64,000 nucleotides of DNA from an uncultured delta proteobacterium (GTDB taxonomy: Bacteria > Desulfobacterota > Binatia > UBA9968), in assembly GCA_963755715.1 (NCBI GenBank), contig CAVWLW010000052.1, forward strand, positions 32,001 to 96,000, given 5' to 3'. Below the pieces are notes generated by a model. It saw nothing but the letters and a program-made list of their open reading frames with translations. It was not told the DNA's origin and ran no database searches. The position numbers were made by a program, and so were the translations under genes. Numbering within the stretch: position 1 is the first letter of the stretch; every line of letters begins with the position of its first letter. This document shows positions 52,250-61,722 of this stretch, in pieces.

Positions 52250-53389
52250 ATGAGCGAATTTGACGTCTTAATGGAATCAATGGAGCGGACCGCTTACAAC
52301 AAGTGGATGCGAACCGAAGGGATCCCAGTTGTAAATGGTTATGGAATAGAGGACGTCCGAGATTTGGAACTTGCGAGCTGGGAGCGTATCGGTGGAAAGG
52401 GAGCCTTTATCAACCTTTACGGAATGGGAGGGGCAACGGGAATGTATGTAGCCCAAATTCCCCCGGGCGGTGCCCTGAAGTTAGAAAAGCATCTCTATGA
52501 AGAAGTCATCTGCATTTTGGATGGGAGAGGGACAACGGAAGTGTGGCAGGAGAATGGAGAAAAACAGGTCTTTGAATGGGGTCCGTGGAGTGTTTTTGCT
52601 CCGCCGATGAACAGCTGGCATCGTTTAGTGAATGGACGCAGAGAACCCGTTACCTTTTTAGCAGTCACAAATGCTCCTGTGGTTATCGATACATTTCGGG
52701 ATGCGAATTTCATCTTCAATTGTAATCACCTATTTCGAGACCGATTTGCAGGGGAAGAAGGGTACTTCAAGGAAAGTAACAAGCGCTACAAGAATAAGCG
52801 AGGTACTCAAACGCTCTGGGAGACCAACCTCATAGCCGATATCGTTGGCGCAGAGCTTGATATAAAGAAGGTGAAAGGACCCGGCTGGAAAGTCACCCAA
52901 TTCGAGATGAGCGGGAATTCTCTGATCGGGCATATGGCTGAGTGGCCTTCCGGAGTCTACAACAAGGCTCACTATCATGGGCCGGGCGCCACGATTCTAA
53001 TCTTACGGTCGCAAGGCTATACCTTAATATGGCCAAAAGAAGCTGGTGAGCGGCCTTTCGAGAGCGGACGAGGCCACGAAGTGATTCAACTCAACTGGCG
53101 AGTGGGCTCGCTGGTTTGTCCTCCGGGCGGTTGGTTCCATCAGCACTTTTGTACGGGTCCGGACCCGGCGCGTCTAATTGCGATTCGCTACGGGAGCAGG
53201 CTTCATCCCATCGGCACCGAGGTTACGGCGCAGCGGCAGGAGGACGGAGCCCACATATCAACAAAGGAAGGAGGGACAGTGATTGAGTTCGAGGACGAAG
53301 ACCCGCAGATCGGTCGTCGCTTCGAGGCAGAATTGAAGAAAACGGGAGCCCACTGTCAAATGCCACACCTCGGCGCCGTGGTAAACTAA
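52250..53389 (+). CDS. Bicupin protein (gentisate dioxygenase-like fold)
   Basis: KHLYEE...PPMNSWH and KAHYHGPGA...PGGWFHQH cupin motifs. Confidence 0.85.
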   Translation: MSEFDVLMESMERTAYNKWMRTEGIPVVNGYGIEDVRDLELASWERIGGKGAFINLYGMGGATGMYVAQIPPGGALKLEKHLYEEVICILDGRGTTEVWQENGEKQVFEWGPWSVFAPPMNSWHRLVNGRREPVTFLAVTNAPVVIDTFRDANFIFNCNHLFRDRFAGEEGYFKESNKRYKNKRGTQTLWETNLIADIVGAELDIKKVKGPGWKVTQFEMSGNSLIGHMAEWPSGVYNKAHYHGPGATILILRSQGYTLIWPKEAGERPFESGRGHEVIQLNWRVGSLVCPPGGWFHQHFCTGPDPARLIAIRYGSRLHPIGTEVTAQRQEDGAHISTKEGGTVIEFEDEDPQIGRRFEAELKKTGAHCQMPHLGAVVN

Positions 53390-53480
53390 GCAGCTCGCCT
53401 TTGCTTCGAAAATTCTAAAATCGACAAAACGACAGACGTCGGGTGCACGTGGTGGAAAAGAATTAAAATCGGAGCCCCCA

Positions 53481-54545
53481 ATGAATGCGAAGATTCGAAC
53501 ATTTTTCCTACTCATCGGATCTTACTGTGTGACTTTCGCCGGAGTCGCGCACGGTGATGTGGCGGAAATTCTCGCCAAGATCAACTCCAGACCATCGCCA
53601 GAACGGGAAAGATTGCTTACAGAAAATGCGCGGAAAGAAGGGGCACTGACGTTCTACGGAGCCACGAACACCCGAGACCTGCAGGAGATTGTCGGAGCAT
53701 TTAACAAGCACTATCCATTTATCAAGGTTTCCTTTTCGAGTCTTGGCGGGCCTGGAGTTCTAAATAAGGTTCTCACGGAGCAGCGCGCCGGCATCAATCG
53801 CGCTGATGTAATCGCCACGACCGGAACGTATTTGGTGGATCTCATCGACAAAGGAACTTTGGCCAAGTACAAAAGTCCAATGGTTCCGTTCTTGCGGAAA
53901 GGCTTCGTCGACGCGGAGGGGTTCTGGCCGGGTGTCGACACCCGCGGTTACGCTGTGATCTACAACACGAAGAGGGTCAATGCCAACGAGGCGCCTAAAC
54001 GCTACGAAGATCTACTGCTGCCTCGCTGGAAACGGAACATGATCATGGATGTAGAGGCGCACAACCTATTTGCGGGTTTAGTTGATCTGTGGGGTCAGGG
54101 CAAGGCGGTAGATTTTTTTAAAAAATTGTCCGTAGAGCAGGAGGTTTTGTTTTCCCGCCAGTCCCACGCCTTTATGACTCAGCTAGTCGCAACTGGGGAA
54201 CACGATCTCATTGTGGACGGGTATATCCATAACGCGGTCGCCATGAAGGAAAAGGGCGCGCCCATTGAATTCGTCGCCTTTAATCCCACGATCCTTATGC
54301 CCGCCAACATTATCGGGATCATGTCGAGCGCCACAAATCCTCATGCGGCCGCCTTGTTCGTGGATTACAATTTGTCGAAAGAAGCGAGCGAGATTATGGT
54401 CAAGAATCAGGGTAGGTGGACGCCTCGCAAAGATGTGCCATGGACCGTCGAACCGCGAGTGGAGTTGCACGTGGTTTCGGCTTTGGAATGGGGAAGAAAA
54501 TTGAAGCCACTCGTTGACCTGTTTAGGAAAACGGTTGGGCAGTAG
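53481..54545 (+). CDS. Extracellular solute-binding protein (Fe3+/thiamine-type)
   Basis: YEDLLLPRWK; NPHAAALFVDY; paralog of 34870..35904. Confidence 0.88.
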   Translation: MNAKIRTFFLLIGSYCVTFAGVAHGDVAEILAKINSRPSPERERLLTENARKEGALTFYGATNTRDLQEIVGAFNKHYPFIKVSFSSLGGPGVLNKVLTEQRAGINRADVIATTGTYLVDLIDKGTLAKYKSPMVPFLRKGFVDAEGFWPGVDTRGYAVIYNTKRVNANEAPKRYEDLLLPRWKRNMIMDVEAHNLFAGLVDLWGQGKAVDFFKKLSVEQEVLFSRQSHAFMTQLVATGEHDLIVDGYIHNAVAMKEKGAPIEFVAFNPTILMPANIIGIMSSATNPHAAALFVDYNLSKEASEIMVKNQGRWTPRKDVPWTVEPRVELHVVSALEWGRKLKPLVDLFRKTVGQ

Positions 54546-54770
54546 AGCATGCTCTCGGCCACGAATTGAAAGTGTCGTGGGATCAACCCTTGCAAAATTA
54601 TAGCTTCAAGACCTTTGTCAATCTTCCAGAATTGCATCACGTATCGGCGATACCAAACCGCCACACAATTCCGCCACATCTCCCAGCCATTTAGAGAAAC
54701 GAGTTACGCTAAGGTCGGCAATTATCACTTAAGAGGCCTGCTTTCTTCGATCCCGCATCACAAGTATGCT

Positions 54771-54786
54771 TGGTCAGCAAATTGCT
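54771..54786 (+). promoter_or_regulatory. Putative sigma54 (-24/-12) promoter
   Basis: TGGTCAGCAAATTGCT gives GG-N10-GC spacing, upstream of a Spy/CpxP-like gene. Confidence 0.5.
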
Positions 54787-54918
54787 CATGCAATAGGATT
54801 GCGTGTGCATGTCATTGGACGTCGATCAAGTAAACCCTTTTCAAGGGGCGTCGTCCAACAAGCGACTAGGCACGACTTGATTGATTTGACTGTAAACTAA
54901 ATCATACTAGGAGGTTTT

Positions 54919-55398
54919 ATGGTGTTAAAGACGAAGCATTTCGGGATCATAGCCCTCATTATAATATTCGGCGTCGGTTTGTCGGCCCTGTCGAGCTTTG
55001 CGCAGATGCGCCATGGTCGTGGAGGCGCCGGCGGTCCAAATCTGTTTTTCTTGATGCGTGCAGCCAATCTCACGCCGGATCAAAAGACCCAGGTACATAC
55101 GTTGATGCAAAACAGTCGGCAAAATTCTCAGCAGATTGTCAGCCAGCTCATGCCGCTCCGGCAGCAGCTCAACAGTGCGCTTTATTCCACCGGCACGGCC
55201 AACCCTAGCTTGATCAGCCAGGTCAACGGATTAGAAAGCCAGCTGCAACAGGAGAGGTATAGTGTTTTTCAGCAGGTGTGGTCATTGTTGAATTCGACAC
55301 AACAGAATCAAGTCACAACCCTATATTCGCAGATGGCGGCTAACAGGGCGCAACGTCTAAACGCTTGGAAATCATTACATCAGCAGCAAAGTCAATAA
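54919..55398 (+). CDS. Spy/CpxP/ZraP-like periplasmic protein
   Basis: Signal peptide; Gly-rich linker; NLTPDQK and LLNSTQQ (LTxxQ-like) motifs; AGGAGG RBS. Confidence 0.8.
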   Translation: MVLKTKHFGIIALIIIFGVGLSALSSFAQMRHGRGGAGGPNLFFLMRAANLTPDQKTQVHTLMQNSRQNSQQIVSQLMPLRQQLNSALYSTGTANPSLISQVNGLESQLQQERYSVFQQVWSLLNSTQQNQVTTLYSQMAANRAQRLNAWKSLHQQQSQ

Positions 55399-55423
55399 CG
55401 CCTGGGTAAGTCTTGGCAAATTG

Positions 55424-55458
55424 GCCCGGTGGGCTGCGCCACCGGGCTCCAGTTTTTG
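55424..55458 (+). terminator. Intrinsic terminator-like hairpin
   Basis: GCCCGGTGG-gctgcg-CCACCGGGC followed by a T tract, between convergent genes. Confidence 0.65.
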
Positions 55459-55497
55459 CGAACTGTCGCTGCGGCCGGTCAGTTGAACACTATTTCG

Positions 55498-57038
55498 TTA
55501 GCGTTGCGTCGTTCGGTTCATGCGTTCCAGCTTTCCTCGATCGATCTTGCCAAGCCCCGTGCACGGCAGAGCTGAGAGAAATTCCACACCCTTAGGCGCT
55601 TTGTAGGCTGCCAATGATTCTTTGCAGAATTGAATCAACGCAGCGGCATTGCACTCGGCGCCATGATGCAGAACCACGAAAGCTTGCATTGCTTCACCCC
55701 ACTCCTGACTTTTGAAACCGACAACCGCCGCATCCGCCACAGCCGGATGTCTGCGCAATGTGTCTTCAATCTCTTCGGGGAAAACGCTGATGCCGCCGCT
55801 TTTGATCATGTTCTTTTTGCGGCCGGAAATATGCAGGTAGCCTTCACTATCTAGAAAGCCGATGTCGCCGGTGTGGCACCAGCCGCCGTGGAGGAATTCC
55901 TCGGTCGCTTGCGGGTTTTGGTAGTAGCCTTGGATCGCGAGCGGAGTGCGGACGCAGACTTCGCCTTCGCTTCCGATCGGAACGTCGCGGCCGTCGTCAT
56001 CGGCGATACGCACGAGCACGCACCAGATGGGTTTGCCGACGGTGTCGCCGTGAGTGTCCCAATCGTCTCCGCCGATTGTTGTGATCTGGCCGCAGTCGGT
56101 GGAGGCGTAGGCTTCGGAAGAGTGGGCGACAGAGCTGTTTACGCGTTTCGCGCGCGAGCTTCTTTCGAAAGATGGCCGCCGGTAATGCCGAGATAGCGGA
56201 GGGAAGATTTTTGATAGTCATCCAAACGCTCGTGGCGCAGTAGGCGCTCGCATAGGGTTGGCACCAGCATCGTGTAGGTGATCTTTTCGCGCTCGATTGT
56301 TTCTAAAAACAGTGTCGCGTCGAATTTTTCTTGAATGAAGATCGTCCCGCCGAGATATAGGATGCTCATGACCGAGCCGCGCCCGGCGTTGAAGTGTACC
56401 GGCAGCGCCATCAGCGCGCGTTCGTCCGGATTCATGCCTTTGGTCAGCCCGTAATTCATGCAGCGCAGCGAATAGGTTTCGTGGTCGATGCTGCAGGCCT
56501 TGGGAAATCCGGTGGTGCCGGAGGTGATCATGAGGAGGAAGGGATCGCGGCCTTGGACTTCGACTCCAGGATCACCTGGGTCGCTTTGAATAATTACGGA
56601 TTCAAAAAGAGACGCTTCGACAGGCTCAGCGTGAGCGGACGAAGATGAATTGATAACGAGGAGGTTGTTTCGCTGCACATGCTCGCGCGCAAGCTTGGTC
56701 AAAGCATCGGTCTCTTTGCGCGTTTCCAGAAAGAAGGCTTTTGGCGCGAAGAAGCCGAGCATCGCTTCGCACTCTTGCGCGCTCCAGTTGAAATCGAAGG
56801 GAACAGCGACGGCGCCGATTTTGGCGAGCGCGAAGAGGGCTTCGAAATGCTCGGCGCGGCTGCCGCAGGAGAGGCCGACCAAGTCGCCTTTGCGGATATC
56901 TTGAGCGAGCAGGTAATTCGCCAGCCGATTCGTGCGTTCGTGGAATTCGCGATAGGTCAACGTTCTGTGCGCGTCGACGATGGCGTGTTTGTCGGGAAAG
57001 TGCTGCGCGTTGCGCGGGAGTGATTCGCCGATGTTCAT
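55498..57038 (-). CDS. Class I adenylate-forming acyl-CoA synthetase (frameshift near 56140)
   Basis: TSGTTGFPK, YASTD, HTGDIG, GRKKNMIKSGG, GLGKIDR. Confidence 0.9.
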
Positions 57039-57076
57039 GGTTCGACCTTGCTAATTATTATTTCGTTAATGTTTGG

Positions 57077-57134
57077 GTAGGGGCAGGCCCCCGTGCCTGC
57101 CCTCCGGAGGGCAACCACAGGGGGTTGCCCCTAC
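57077..57134. repeat. GTAG-type REP doublet
   Basis: GTAGGGGCAGGCCCCCGTGCCTGCCC ... GGGCAACCACAGGGGGTTGCCCCTAC. Confidence 0.85.
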
Positions 57135-57166
57135 ATAATTGTTCGTACGATGAAGACGGCGACGAT

Positions 57167-58171
57167 TTATTTTTTCCAGACCGCATCGATAAAGCCGGTT
57201 TTTTCCAACTCCTGAATGAAGCTCGAGTCGACTACCGCGTTTGGGTCGAAGGTTTTGGCGCGCGGGTCGCGCGCCTCCAAGGTTTTGAGCATGAACTCGA
57301 TGCCCTTCATATTGACGTAGGGAACCCGATCCTGGAAGCGCGTGACGACGTCGTAAGTCGGGTTGAGCACGTTGGGGTCGCGATTCTGGGCGAAGTCGGC
57401 GGTGACTTTCAAAACAAATTCGCGATTGTCTTTATAGTAGCGCAGCCCTTCGACAAAGGTCTTCATTACCCGCATCACGGTGTCGCGATGGGATTTTATG
57501 TATGTCTTGGTGCTGGCGAAGCAGCTGCCCGGGTTGTAGAGACCGAGCTTGCTCATGTCGATGAGCTCGTGGAGGCCAAGCCTTTCGGCGGCGATATCTT
57601 GTGGCGGGATAAACGTGGAGGCGGATATTACGCCTTTGCTCAAGGCGGCCAGACGTGTCGGAGCCCCGCCTACCGCTACCATCGCGAAGTCGCGGTCGGG
57701 AATCAGCCCGCGGTCTCGGAGTATGAAACGGACGACGCTGTCTTCCTGGGAGCCGATCGTGGTAACGCCGATTTTCTTGCCTTTGAGATCGGCGACGGTC
57801 TTCACATCGGGTGTCGAGAAGACGCGCCAATAAAGCGTGTTGATGCCGCAAGCAAGATAAACCGTGTCAGCGCCGCCGACGGCGGAGGCAACCAGCGCTG
57901 CGCCGCCGAGGAAGCTCAGCGGCACCTGGCCGGAGACCATCGCGGTAGTCAAGATCGGGCTGCCTTGTATGTACACGAGATCGACGTCCAGACCATTCTT
58001 TTTGAACAATCCGCCTTTGCGCATGACTTCGATAATGCCGAGCGATGCGACTGGGGCGGGGTAGCCGATGACGAGTTTTTCGAGTTTCTGGGCGTCGGCG
58101 GACCAGACAGAGTGTGGTTCTAAGAAAGAAAGACACAAAACACTTATGACGAGCAATACTCGATGGTTCAA
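57167..58171 (-). CDS. ABC substrate-binding protein, NMT1/SsuA-like
   Basis: GLFKKNGLDVDLVYI; LKGKKIGVTTIGS. Confidence 0.9.
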   Translation of the reverse strand: MNHRVLLVISVLCLSFLEPHSVWSADAQKLEKLVIGYPAPVASLGIIEVMRKGGLFKKNGLDVDLVYIQGSPILTTAMVSGQVPLSFLGGAALVASAVGGADTVYLACGINTLYWRVFSTPDVKTVADLKGKKIGVTTIGSQEDSVVRFILRDRGLIPDRDFAMVAVGGAPTRLAALSKGVISASTFIPPQDIAAERLGLHELIDMSKLGLYNPGSCFASTKTYIKSHRDTVMRVMKTFVEGLRYYKDNREFVLKVTADFAQNRDPNVLNPTYDVVTRFQDRVPYVNMKGIEFMLKTLEARDPRAKTFDPNAVVDSSFIQELEKTGFIDAVWKK

Positions 58172-58422
58172 TTGACCGTTCCTTTCTTTAACTTTTGGGC
58201 CCTTTTGGTGTGGTCGAAGTGCTCGTGAGTATCTATGAGATCTTCGACTTTAGAGCAGCGGGTGAACTTCAGCGCTTCTTCGACTTGGTCGATGCGGCGG
58301 ATGTCGGCATCGACAAGATCCGCTGCGCCGCTGGTATCTTTGACGATGGTAAAATTTGTCGCACCCTTGGGTCCGACGATCACGTAAGCGGACTTGCCGG
58401 CTTGGTGGATCGTGTATTCCAT
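58168..58422 (-). pseudogene. Truncated metallo-beta-lactamase-fold fragment
   Basis: Ends just after the THEHFDH (HxHxDH) motif; about 84 aa. Confidence 0.6.
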
Positions 58423-58555
58423 GGCTTGGGGGATATCGGATAGAACGCTTGGTTGCAAGTTAGTTGCGGTAATGTTCCTGTTCATCGTCGAGATGAAACT
58501 TGTCGTAACGTGTCACTCTTATGCTGACCATCGGACGTGAATAATACCTCACGTC

Positions 58556-58638
58556 TCATTTCAAACGGAGTGAGAAATCTTTCTTGTCTGACGGGCGGCG
58601 GAATCGGAAAGATCTCTCGCTGCGCGCTCGAGATGACA
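58556..58638. repeat. REP-like inverted pair (TCAT...GAGAAATCT / AGATCTCTC...ATGACA)
   Basis: Imperfect inverted repeat; right arm also occurs at 39824. Confidence 0.7.
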
Positions 58639-58797
58639 ACACTAGACTGAGTGTCACGGCGGAGTAACGACATAATCTCGACGCGGGACGGAGAGTTGGG
58701 GCGACGCACAGCAGCTACTCTATTAGCTCGTGTTGACCTCTCGTCACATCCGATGTTATTCGCCTAAGGAGCATTCGAGCAAAGAAAGGACAAGTTC

Positions 58798-59575
58798 ATG
58801 ATCAAGGAAGGCAAGTTTACACTCTTGGAGAAACGCGGCGCGGTGGCGAAAATTACCATCAACCGGCCGGAAAAAAGAAACGCGTTGAGCCGGGATGCGA
58901 TTCGCGAAATTCTTTCGCTTTTCGAAGAACTGCGGAACGACGATTCGATAGCGGTAGTTTTGACCACCGGTGCCGGCGACGTGGCCTATTGCGCCGGCCG
59001 CGATCTCTCTGAATTTCCCACGGAGGGCGGCAAGAACCGCGGCACAGACCGCCGCGCCGAGCCGCGCGCTTATCATGTTGCCGAGGTCATTCGGACTTTT
59101 CCTAAAGTCACGATCGCCGTAGTGAATGGTTTCTGTCTTGGGCGGCGGCATTACGCTGTTGCTGCCGCATGACCTGGCGATTGCATCGGATAAAGCGCAA
59201 TTCGGTTTGCCTGAAATCAAGCGGGGCTTCTTGCCTTATCCGATCATCGCGACCATGTTCAAAACTCTCATTCCGACGAAACTCGCATTCGAGTTGATTC
59301 TCACCGGCGAAAATTGGGACGCGCAGAAATCCATGGCCGCTGGTTTGATCAATCGCGTGGTGCCGCACGCCGAGCTGCAGGACGCAGCGTGGAAATGGGG
59401 CGAGGAGATCGGCAAGTTCGACAAAGTGACTTTGAAATTTTGCAAAATGGCGGCGCATTCGTCGATGGAAGCGGCGAGCGTGCCGATGGCGGCGGAGATC
59501 GCTTGGTTGATGCAGGAGGAGCATACGTTGGTGAACCCGCGCGCGTACGCCGGGACGAAGGAGTTTCATAAGTAG
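58798..59575 (+). CDS. Enoyl-CoA hydratase/lyase family protein (frameshift near 59140)
   Basis: NRPEKRNAL, YCAGRD, VNGFCLGGG, FGLPEI. Confidence 0.9.
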
Positions 59576-59621
59576 GTGACAAACAGAGCGAAGCAAAATC
59601 GTCGGGCGCGAGGTCCTGCGT

Positions 59622-60629
59622 ATGAAAATATTTCGAATGTTCGGGAAATCGGTTTTGACAGTGTCGTGCCTGACTCTGGCGGCGGGCGTGTTGGCGACGT
59701 CGGCGTCGGCGAAAACGACCCTGCGCGTCGCTTACAGCTCGATTTCCGGCTCGGCTGTTGTGCCCTGGATTGCTGTCGATAAGGGGTTTTTTGCCAAATA
59801 CGATCTCGATGTCGAGCTAATTTACGTCGCCGGCTCGCAAGCGATGCAGTCGTTACTTAGCGGTACCACGCCGATCGGTCTTCAGGGCATCGAGCCGGTG
59901 TTTCGCGTCAACGCCCACGGCAGCGACACGGTCATGATCCTGGGTCTGGTGACCAAGCCGCCTTTCTCGATTATCGTGCGTCCGGAGATCAAGGACTATC
60001 GTGAGCTCAAAGGTAAAGCGATGGGTATCACCCGCTACGGCTCGTCGACCGACATGCTTTTAAGACTCACTCTGGAAAAATGGGGTTTCAAGCCGGAAAG
60101 CGACGTGCCCATCTTGCAAATGGGCGGCGTGCCGCCGATCTTGGCCGGCATGCAGTCGAAGCGGATCTTCGGCGGTCCGCTTTCGCTGCCGACCTTGGCA
60201 CGCGCCAAACAAGAAGGATACCGGGAGCTGGCGGACGTCGCCGACTTGGTTCCCGACTACCAAGTTGCCGGAATCGTGACGCGGCGCTCATTCATTAAAC
60301 AGAATGGCGACGCGGTGCGCGGCTTCCTCAAAGCAATAATAGAAGCGACGGCAACCTTTAAAAACGATCCGGCAACTGCGCGGAAGGTCATGAGAGAGCG
60401 GCTCAAGATCGACGATCCTTCGGTGATCGAAGAGACCCAAAAAAATTACCCGCGCTATATGCCGATGGTTCCGTATCCGAGCCGCGCCGGGATCGCCGTC
60501 ATCAAATCTTTCCTGGATAAAACCGATGCCGCGGTGCGGCCGCTGTCCATCGACGATCAAATCGACAATCAGATCGTCCGTGAGCTCGAACAGAGCGGGT
60601 TTATCAATGGCGCATATCGTTCCAAATGA
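59622..60629 (+). CDS. ABC substrate-binding protein, NMT1/SsuA-like
   Basis: PWIAVDKGFFAKYDLD; LKGKAMGITRYGS. Confidence 0.9.
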   Translation: MKIFRMFGKSVLTVSCLTLAAGVLATSASAKTTLRVAYSSISGSAVVPWIAVDKGFFAKYDLDVELIYVAGSQAMQSLLSGTTPIGLQGIEPVFRVNAHGSDTVMILGLVTKPPFSIIVRPEIKDYRELKGKAMGITRYGSSTDMLLRLTLEKWGFKPESDVPILQMGGVPPILAGMQSKRIFGGPLSLPTLARAKQEGYRELADVADLVPDYQVAGIVTRRSFIKQNGDAVRGFLKAIIEATATFKNDPATARKVMRERLKIDDPSVIEETQKNYPRYMPMVPYPSRAGIAVIKSFLDKTDAAVRPLSIDDQIDNQIVRELEQSGFINGAYRSK

Positions 60630-60646
60630 GGGGAAGGCGAAGATTC

Positions 60647-61612
60647 ATGCGTTTATATTTTCTCGGTGCGCTGATTTTTCTGTTGTCACTGACGGCGATC
60701 GGCGGCGCTCAAGAACGCCGCAAGATTCGCATCTCGAATGCGACCTTGAGTTATTCGGCGTTACCTCTGGTGGCGGCGCGCGAGTGGAAACTATTTCAAG
60801 AGCAAGGCTTGGATGTGGAGATCATTCTTATGCGCTCGGCTGCCGCCGCGGCGGCGCTGGTTTCCGGCGATCTCGACTATCAATCCGGCATCGGACCGGC
60901 GAGCATCAGCGCGACGTTGAGCGGCGTGGAGTCGCGCGCACTCTGGTCATCCACCAGTCACATCACTTATTGGTTGATGGCGAAACCGCAGTACAAATCG
61001 GTTCAGGAATTGAAGCAGAAGAAAATTGGCGTCTCCGGTCTGGGCGGGACGAGTCATGTGGCGATGGTGGTGGCTCTGGAAAAAAGCGGTCTGTCCGCGA
61101 AGGACTATGTGGCGGTTTCGGTGCCCGGCGGGAATCTCGTGCAATCGCTCGACTCCGGGTTCGTCGACGCGGCAACGCTCAATCCGCCCACCATGTTCTT
61201 TGCCCAGCGGCGCGGCTTCGTTCGCTTGCTCGACATCGGCTCGATGGTCGAGATGGCGTCGGGCGGTCTGACGGCGATGAATCGCACGATCAAAACTCGG
61301 CCCGATGAAGTCAAGCGTATTATCCGGGCTCTGCAACTTGGCAAGCGCGCCATGCTCAAGTCGCGAGAAAGGACTCTCGATCTGATCACCAGCGTGCTCA
61401 AGATGGACAAGCAGACCGCGGCGGACACTTACAGCATCGTGCAAACTACTTTTAATGACACCGGCATTCCCACGCGGGAGGGCATCGGCAATATTATCCG
61501 AGCGATCAAAGCCGACGGTCGTTTCACTGATCGCAATATCGCTTTCGAAGAAGTCGCAGAACCGCGGTTCGCTATCGAAGTCGCCAAGGAACTGGGTTAC
61601 AAGGTGCCGTAA
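60647..61612 (+). CDS. ABC substrate-binding protein, NMT1/SsuA-like
   Basis: LFQEQGLDVEII; LKQKKIGVSGLGG. Confidence 0.9.
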   Translation: MRLYFLGALIFLLSLTAIGGAQERRKIRISNATLSYSALPLVAAREWKLFQEQGLDVEIILMRSAAAAAALVSGDLDYQSGIGPASISATLSGVESRALWSSTSHITYWLMAKPQYKSVQELKQKKIGVSGLGGTSHVAMVVALEKSGLSAKDYVAVSVPGGNLVQSLDSGFVDAATLNPPTMFFAQRRGFVRLLDIGSMVEMASGGLTAMNRTIKTRPDEVKRIIRALQLGKRAMLKSRERTLDLITSVLKMDKQTAADTYSIVQTTFNDTGIPTREGIGNIIRAIKADGRFTDRNIAFEEVAEPRFAIEVAKELGYKVP

Positions 61613-61616
61613 CGAG

Positions 61617-61706
61617 AATGGGGTGATGGAGTAATGGAGTAACGGAGTGATGGGTATTCGGATCGAGCAACACTCCAATACTCCATCACTCCATTACTCC
61701 AATTGG
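61617..61706. repeat. Inverted octamer repeat arrays between convergent genes
   Basis: (tggagtaa)n ... (tactccaa/tcactcca)n; forms a long hairpin. Confidence 0.85.
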
Positions 61707-61722
61707 GAGTTGGGTGGATGGG

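Noticed and set aside
44445-55497. Classical integron, prophage or IS composite transposon
   Set aside because: No intI, integrase or transposase, attC-like palindromes, terminal inverted repeats or phage genes were seen.
61617-61706. Short tandem arrays as a CRISPR array
   Set aside because: The units are 7-9 bp with no unique spacers, and there are no cas genes.
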